Source: a virus
DNA: 64,000 nt
Virus record (IMG/VR): IMGVR_UViG_3300014208_000004
Span: 1 to 64,000 of that record
Reading direction: 5' to 3' (one strand)
Below, piece by piece: positions 58,917 through 64,000 of the stretch (the stretch's first letter is position 1; the number at the start of each line of letters is the position of its first letter). Below the pieces are notes generated by a model that ran no database searches, was not told the DNA's origin, and was given only the letters and a program-made list of their open reading frames with translations. The position numbers and the translations under genes are program-made.

Positions 58917-59633
58917 ATGCCAACACTGAAGACATTTACAAAACTTACAATCGGCATTGAAGTAAACAACGCAAAAATGGAGTATGGTAGTTATAAATTC
59001 TACCTAAGAGTGCCGGATGAAATAAGACTTATATCCCGCCGTCAATCATTCACGCAATATACTACTAGCATTCATATTCACGGGATAGAAAATCTTGTTC
59101 AGGTAGTATGTGGAGAGACCGAACATGAGTTATGGGATAATCTTGAAAAGTTCAATACCCAATACCGCAAAGAAACAACCACGGTAAGAAAAGTTATCCT
59201 ATTTAAGACAAACTACAGTTCATTTAACAATTGCGAAGATTACGAGCGCACAAAATTAATGTACGCTACCATGCCGGCAAAACTAAAATTTGAATATCAC
59301 ATCGCAGACGAGATAGACGAGGGTAAACATTATTCCTACGAAGACTCAAAAACAAAAATTAATATTGCAAGGAAAAGAAAAAATGAAGAAGGAGAATGGG
59401 AAATAATCCCATGGACAACCGAGGCAGAGGAATTCTTTATTTCTATCTATGATGGGATGGAAATGCTGATGAAAAAAATGAAAAAATTTATCGGAACGGG
59501 TAAGAGAGCTCAAAAGTCAATAGCCACAAAACAAAAACTACTAGGGAATAACAATGAGACAACCAAAAAACGAAATGTTGTACAACAGGAAGAAATTAAA
59601 AAAACGGATATTCAGTCTAGTCAAAAATCTTGA
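58917..59633 (+). CDS. Hypothetical protein
   Basis: ATG 58917 immediately after the methyltransferase stop; IIPWTTEAEEFF motif. Confidence 0.55.
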   Translation: MPTLKTFTKLTIGIEVNNAKMEYGSYKFYLRVPDEIRLISRRQSFTQYTTSIHIHGIENLVQVVCGETEHELWDNLEKFNTQYRKETTTVRKVILFKTNYSSFNNCEDYERTKLMYATMPAKLKFEYHIADEIDEGKHYSYEDSKTKINIARKRKNEEGEWEIIPWTTEAEEFFISIYDGMEMLMKKMKKFIGTGKRAQKSIATKQKLLGNNNETTKKRNVVQQEEIKKTDIQSSQKS

Positions 59634-59693
59634 AAACCATAAAGCATTAATTAAAAGAACAATTGCAAAACAACAATTCCGATCAGTAAAATA

Positions 59694-60737
59694 ATGGACA
59701 CACAATTAAAATATTTTTCAATGTTCACCGGCATAGAAGGATTTGGTTATGGCATCGAACAAGCATTTAGCGATCAACAGGATGCAACGCTCAGGGAAGG
59801 GAAAGGGAGGAAAGGGAACGTTGACCAAGACGGACGGGGAAATGTTCACAGTGGATCATTTACCCCATTATGTGTCGGATATTCCGAAATCGATCAATAC
59901 GCAATCGGAATTACAACCTACAACTATCCAAAACACAAAAACTATGGTAACGCAAGAAGAATTATTCCCGAACAACTCCCAGACTTTGACCTACTCATTG
60001 GAGGCTTTCCTTGTCAAAGTTTTAGCATTGCTGGAAAGCGGGGAGGACTTGAAGATATCCGAGGGACTTTATTCTTTGAAATCGCTAGAATCTTACGGAC
60101 TAAAAGACCCAAAACTTTTATCCTTGAAAACGTCAGAGGATTATTTTCGGCTGGCATCACAGATGAGGAAGGGAACCTTATCAAAGGAACATCGGGTTTT
60201 GTTTTTAAGATCATTATTGCAACGCTTAGAGACCTGGGGTACGACATCGAATGGCAATGTATTAACAGCAAAGATCATGGAGTACCACAGAACAGAGAAC
60301 GAGTATTCATTATCGGACATCTTGCAGGATCAGGTACACGAAAAATATTTCCTTTCCCCAACAGCGACCAAAAGATTATTCAAGAGGGGAATGAGCGAAT
60401 TGTATCAGGAACAATCTCAACAAAAAATCAAAGTGGGCAAGTTCAATTTGATGGATCAACAACCTTAATAATTCCAAAAGAACTTAATCCAAAATTATCT
60501 TACCCAATAACCAGGAGTTATCAAAAAGGACAATACGAGAAAAGCCGGGGAACAGTTGTAACGACAAGTCAGGCAGTAGAAATAATTGATAGGAAGGGGA
60601 ATAAAAAAAACAAAAATATTGCTTCAACTGAAAGACACCTTCCAGAGCTTGAACAGTACGAGCGGAACAAACTCCAACACCAGCGATTTAGTTTTAAATA
60701 CCACACGCATAAGAAGATTGACTCCAATAGAATGTGA
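59694..60737 (+). CDS. dcm: C5-cytosine DNA methyltransferase, motifs I-VIII (lacks IX-X)
   Basis: SMFTGIEG, GGFPCQSFS, ENVRG and QNRERVFIIG; the frame ends without motif X. Confidence 0.85.
   Translation: MDTQLKYFSMFTGIEGFGYGIEQAFSDQQDATLREGKGRKGNVDQDGRGNVHSGSFTPLCVGYSEIDQYAIGITTYNYPKHKNYGNARRIIPEQLPDFDLLIGGFPCQSFSIAGKRGGLEDIRGTLFFEIARILRTKRPKTFILENVRGLFSAGITDEEGNLIKGTSGFVFKIIIATLRDLGYDIEWQCINSKDHGVPQNRERVFIIGHLAGSGTRKIFPFPNSDQKIIQEGNERIVSGTISTKNQSGQVQFDGSTTLIIPKELNPKLSYPITRSYQKGQYEKSRGTVVTTSQAVEIIDRKGNKKNKNIASTERHLPELEQYERNKLQHQRFSFKYHTHKKIDSNRM
59743..60468 (+). CDS. Alternative-frame polypeptide inside the C5 methyltransferase (M.EcoHK31I beta-like); start may be ATG 59944
   Basis: 241 codons open in the +1 frame, containing SLSDILQDQVHEKYFLSPTATKRL. 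Confidence 0.55.
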   Translation: MVMASNKHLAINRMQRSGKGKGGKGTLTKTDGEMFTVDHLPHYVSDIPKSINTQSELQPTTIQNTKTMVTQEELFPNNSQTLTYSLEAFLVKVLALLESGEDLKISEGLYSLKSLESYGLKDPKLLSLKTSEDYFRLASQMRKGTLSKEHRVLFLRSLLQRLETWGTTSNGNVLTAKIMEYHRTENEYSLSDILQDQVHEKYFLSPTATKRLFKRGMSELYQEQSQQKIKVGKFNLMDQQP

Positions 60738-60972
60738 GAGACTTCAGGGATTCCCCGATTGCTGGACTCAATACGGAATATTCCATGGCAAACTAAAAAA
60801 GAAAGACATAAAATTCCGGGACAAACATCCAGACCTATGGAAAGAGTGCCAGAAGATACACGGGGAAGACATGATACTCAGGGAAATTAGCGATTCCCAG
60901 CGTTATAAAGTATGTGGAAACGCCGTAACGACCAATGTAATCAGGGACATAATAACGGCACTTTATTTCTAA
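60586..60972 (+). CDS. C5 methyltransferase C-terminal part (motifs IX-X)
   Basis: IRRLTPIECERLQGFPDCWT and DSQRYKVCGNAVT, in a different frame from 59694. Confidence 0.8.
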   Translation: MIGRGIKKTKILLQLKDTFQSLNSTSGTNSNTSDLVLNTTRIRRLTPIECERLQGFPDCWTQYGIFHGKLKKKDIKFRDKHPDLWKECQKIHGEDMILREISDSQRYKVCGNAVTTNVIRDIITALYF

Positions 60973-61023
60973 AATAGGACTTGACAATAAATAAGATAAT
61001 TGGCTATATTACTTCCAGACAGA
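60962..61023 (+). promoter_or_regulatory. Repeated promoter cassette, copy 3
   Basis: 62 bp identical to 26732-26793. Confidence 0.85.
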
Positions 61024-61061
61024 GGGACAATCCCAAACACACATATATAGGAGATATAGCC

Positions 61062-61613
61062 ATGAAAACCGATACAGATTTTATCCTCGGAATAATAGGA
61101 ACAGAAAAGATTTACATCGCCAATCCAACAAAGACAATAAACCCAACCCATACAACAAACCATTCAGCAGATGCAAAAATATTTTACAGTGGACAGCACA
61201 ACGCAAAAGAAGAACTATCCTTCTGGATAAGACGATCTGGATATAAAAATCTTGAAGTAATTCCAATCCCAACACGTGACGATGCATTTGAAGAAGAAGT
61301 AGCAAAACACCTTGGACAAGAACTTGACAACCTTGGAGGAGGAATAAAAGGATTCTCATTTGAGAATGAAGATGGAGAAGACCTTACATTTGGATGGGCA
61401 TCATACTACCTCGGATATAGTTACTCGGATAAAGACGGAATAAATATTGCAAATGTTTACACACACAGCATTATCATGACCGCCGAGGAAGAAGCCAACT
61501 GGATAAAGAATGTTTTGGAACAACTTCAATTTGTGAAAGAAAATTATTTTGCGCCAGAAACAGACGATCAGGACAGTGCAGACCTTAATGCACAATATGG
61601 AGATAGAGGATAA
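61062..61613 (+). CDS. Hypothetical acidic protein
   Basis: RBS AGGAG before ATG 61062. Confidence 0.6.
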   Translation: MKTDTDFILGIIGTEKIYIANPTKTINPTHTTNHSADAKIFYSGQHNAKEELSFWIRRSGYKNLEVIPIPTRDDAFEEEVAKHLGQELDNLGGGIKGFSFENEDGEDLTFGWASYYLGYSYSDKDGINIANVYTHSIIMTAEEEANWIKNVLEQLQFVKENYFAPETDDQDSADLNAQYGDRG

Positions 61614-61617
61614 TACT

Positions 61618-61866
61618 ATGAAAACAAAACATAAAGTAAAATCCCGCCCAGTGTATAAATCTTTGATAAAAGCATTTGGAGAAGAAAGCAGAAGCCGATG
61701 GGCAATTCATTTCAGTACTATTGTGGCCGATGCAGTCAACAATGCAAAAGGAACAAAAGAACAAAAAAGGGATGCACTTAGAACGCATTTGTTAGTTGAT
61801 GCTTCAGTTGGAAGAAGCGCAACAACAAAATTTATTAATCAATTGAAAAAGGACGGCATCATTTAA
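61618..61866 (+). CDS. Hypothetical protein
   Basis: RBS GAGG before ATG 61618. Confidence 0.55.
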   Translation: MKTKHKVKSRPVYKSLIKAFGEESRSRWAIHFSTIVADAVNNAKGTKEQKRDALRTHLLVDASVGRSATTKFINQLKKDGII

Positions 61867-61879
61867 TAACAGGAGCAAT

Positions 61880-62041
61880 ATGGAAACGCCAACGATCAAA
61901 AAAGAATTTGACGATGTAGAAAAGTTATTAGAAACACAAAAATTTAATTCAGCAGATAAGGCATACTTGGAAGCAGTCCAAAGAACACTTGGATGGATTC
62001 TCGGTATTTACGACAGCCCAATTGATGACTATAAACGATAA
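61880..62041 (+). CDS. Small hypothetical protein (53 aa)
   Basis: RBS AGGAG; TAATG coupling to the next gene. Confidence 0.55.
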   Translation: METPTIKKEFDDVEKLLETQKFNSADKAYLEAVQRTLGWILGIYDSPIDDYKR

Positions 62042-62406
62042 TGCCAGCATCAGCCGACATAATAAATAAATATCGTTCAAAACTTGCATGGAGAAAGAAC
62101 TTTCGTAACCAGACAGCCGAATGTTTGACCCGTGAAGAAATAGGACAGATGTTATCAGAACTATTTACAGATCAAATCAAAGTTGAAATGATACCCAATA
62201 ACTTTGAGATATTTGTATTCCAGCCCTATCCAGAAAAGAAACCAGACGAGCAGACAACAATGCAGGATGAATTCCTAGTCAAAGCCGAAACAATGTTAGA
62301 GAAGATTGTCACGTATACCACGGCATCATGGACGGGTACGGAATTTATCGGAGTAGAGAACAGTCTCATAATATCATTTGCAAAACTACCAGCGGGGAAG
62401 CAATGA
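62041..62406 (+). CDS. Hypothetical protein
   Basis: Coupled ORF. Confidence 0.55.
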   Translation: MPASADIINKYRSKLAWRKNFRNQTAECLTREEIGQMLSELFTDQIKVEMIPNNFEIFVFQPYPEKKPDEQTTMQDEFLVKAETMLEKIVTYTTASWTGTEFIGVENSLIISFAKLPAGKQ

Positions 62407-63026
62407 CAGCCATAGAACATTTACAACGAAAACTTTATAAGATTGCTATCAAACTTGAAACCGAAGCAATATCCTATTCCGTAGTATCAGCAAAACGAGA
62501 CGGCAGATATGATGAAGATGGATCATGCGAGGAATATTGTGGCAAGTGTATTGATGCAGCAGTAAAAAAAGCACGAAACAAATATCGCATTGAAAGAGAA
62601 AAAGGATTAGCGCAGATTGAAGAACTTAGAACAAACGGCTTTATTAAAGAAGGACGTAAAAAACAATATCCCGAAAAAGATTTTGATTTTAAGAAATGGG
62701 AACGACAACATCGAAAAAGATATTGCAAGCGCACATTCAAAAGCGAAGGGACTCATATTTCAGGAAGCGAGACAGACTCTTTTAGAAGTTGTAACACTTG
62801 CAATAAAATGTTTGAATATTCCATACTTCCAAACGATCAAGAATTAGAATATTGGGAAAGCCTAACAAAGAAAAATTATCTTGAATGTTTCAAAGAGCCA
62901 AGAAATGCCTATGAACTTAATAAGATACTTGACGGAGTTTGGGATGATGAATACAAAGAGAGGATTGAAGCATTAGCACATAAAATAAAAAAATACCTTT
63001 CTACAGTTCCAAAGGAAAGGAAATAG
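62403..63026 (+). CDS. Hypothetical protein with two CxxC pairs
   Basis: YCGKC and SCNTC; ATG 62403. Confidence 0.55.
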   Translation: MTAIEHLQRKLYKIAIKLETEAISYSVVSAKRDGRYDEDGSCEEYCGKCIDAAVKKARNKYRIEREKGLAQIEELRTNGFIKEGRKKQYPEKDFDFKKWERQHRKRYCKRTFKSEGTHISGSETDSFRSCNTCNKMFEYSILPNDQELEYWESLTKKNYLECFKEPRNAYELNKILDGVWDDEYKERIEALAHKIKKYLSTVPKERK

Positions 63027-63028
63027 CC

Positions 63029-63544
63029 ATGGGATTTCAACACAACAAAAACCGACCAAAAACCGACAAACCATTATCGTTTGAAAAATTTTGCATTAAA
63101 AAACTTGGAATGCCACGATGGGAAGTTCCAACAAAAAAAGATATTGTAGAAGCAATTCACCATCTCGGAATAAATCACGCTCAGAGAACATCGGCATTGG
63201 TAGAATCAATTGCGATTCATCAGCCAGTATGGGAAGAAATGCCATCGGGAATGATAGGATCGATCTATCCCGCAGCGGATCATGCGGATGCAACAATATT
63301 TCTTATAGGAGCATTCAATGCGGGACGGGCATTATTTTTTGATGAACACTTTCAAAAAATAAAGGATAAAGGTGAGATAGTAATCATTGATAACGAACCA
63401 ACATTTTTATTCAAAAAAATAATAGAAGACCAAATAAAAGTTTTATCAACACCAAAAGAACACTATGTAGCCAATCCGAAACCAAAATTCAAATTTCAAA
63501 AACAACTTACCAGAGGAAAACATAATGGACAATACAATCGTTAA
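63029..63544 (+). CDS. Hypothetical protein
   Basis: RBS AAGGA. Confidence 0.5.
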   Translation: MGFQHNKNRPKTDKPLSFEKFCIKKLGMPRWEVPTKKDIVEAIHHLGINHAQRTSALVESIAIHQPVWEEMPSGMIGSIYPAADHADATIFLIGAFNAGRALFFDEHFQKIKDKGEIVIIDNEPTFLFKKIIEDQIKVLSTPKEHYVANPKPKFKFQKQLTRGKHNGQYNR

Positions 63545-64000
63545 TATTATCAAACAAAGATTCATTGATGAACTCCATATATTTACTGCATTCCGAGACC
63601 TACCAACGGAGACATCCCAGTTGATAATTGGAGCAATTGACCAAACAGAGATTGCAGACCTTATCCCAGGAAAGAAAGAAGTTCCAAATCTATCCTTGGA
63701 TATGGATAACAAGATACTATTTGCTCAAGAGGCAGACGTACAATCCGATGGAGCAATTGGACAAGCACCGCCCAAGGCAATGAGTGAAGAATGTTTTATC
63801 CGAGTGATGAAAGTCTATCAAGACCGTGACAATGCAATGAAAGAAGAAATAGCAACATTGCAACGCCAGCACAATTGCGAAAGACAACCAGGAGAGCAAT
63901 GCAAACTCGGAACCGGGGACGGACGATGTTCTATCTGTAAATTGGTAGATGGAGAAGAACAAATTGCTGCATTAAAAATGTTGCTGGATTCCAAGATTGA
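63525..64000 (+). CDS. Hypothetical protein, runs off the window end
   Basis: ATG 63525 after GAGGA; frame open to the end. Confidence 0.5.
   Translation, partial: MDNTIVNIIKQRFIDELHIFTAFRDLPTETSQLIIGAIDQTEIADLIPGKKEVPNLSLDMDNKILFAQEADVQSDGAIGQAPPKAMSEECFIRVMKVYQDRDNAMKEEIATLQRQHNCERQPGEQCKLGTGDGRCSICKLVDGEEQIAALKMLLDSKI

Larger units (their letters stand above)
1..64000 (+). mobile_element. Tailed dsDNA phage genome segment (myovirus; SPO1/Twort-like virion genes, lambdoid-type replication/recombination genes)
   Basis: Continuous co-oriented phage genes: capsid, sheath, tube, tape measure, baseplate J, terminase, portal. No host housekeeping operons. Confidence 0.95.

Noticed and set aside
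26751-61061. Three ORF-track proteins starting MTINKI (26751, 50115, 60981) look like a paralogue family
   Set aside because: The shared start is the TTGACA promoter repeat read as a TTG codon. The likely real starts are the SD-led ATGs at 26829, 50193 and 61062.
715-63962. Many other minus-strand ORFs of 60-170 aa
   Set aside because: They lie opposite well-supported + strand genes and have the Phe/Ser/Leu-rich composition expected from reverse-complementing A-rich coding DNA.
1-64000. Stop-codon reassignment or suppressor tRNA
   Set aside because: Genes are full length and tightly packed under the standard code, and the tRNA anticodon is TTG (Gln).
1-64000. Prophage boundaries, integrase or attachment site
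   Set aside because: No integrase, repressor switch or host flank is visible. GroES, KhpA and the receiver protein are embedded among phage genes, so lifestyle cannot be called from this window.

Overview
The whole 64 kb window reads as part of one tailed dsDNA phage genome. It is A-rich with low GC, and every credible gene lies on the + strand. 1-26.7 kb is a contractile-tail virion module whose capsid, sheath and portal motifs resemble SPO1/Twort-like phages. It runs from the major capsid C-terminus through neck, sheath, tube, a tail chaperone with a probable +1 frameshift, tape measure, baseplate and fibres to an endolysin. 26.7-41 kb holds recombination and replication genes: a putative annealing protein, SbcD/SbcC, NinB, a HerA-like ATPase, an HTH initiator with internal iterons, NinG, and HNH-AP2 and GIY-YIG endonucleases. 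It also has a ~470 nt structured ncRNA candidate (ROOL-like) abutting a tRNA-Gln, and a KhpA homologue. 41-64 kb holds terminase, portal and a MuF-like head gene scattered among small accessory ORFs, GroES and four DNA methyltransferases. Signal peptides cleaved before Gln, D-S/T-x glycosylation sequons, one Bacteroidota-type promoter and clear AGGAG Shine-Dalgarno sites point, by inference, to an FCB-group host such as an Ignavibacteria-like organism. The most notable candidates are: (1) Sec-exported, glycosylation-sequon-rich proteins inside the virion module; (2) an orphan phospho-receiver protein between two holin-like genes; (3) the ROOL-like RNA, tRNA and KhpA; (4) a cytosine methyltransferase apparently spread over three overlapping ORFs. 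All family assignments come from motif recognition by eye; no searches were run.
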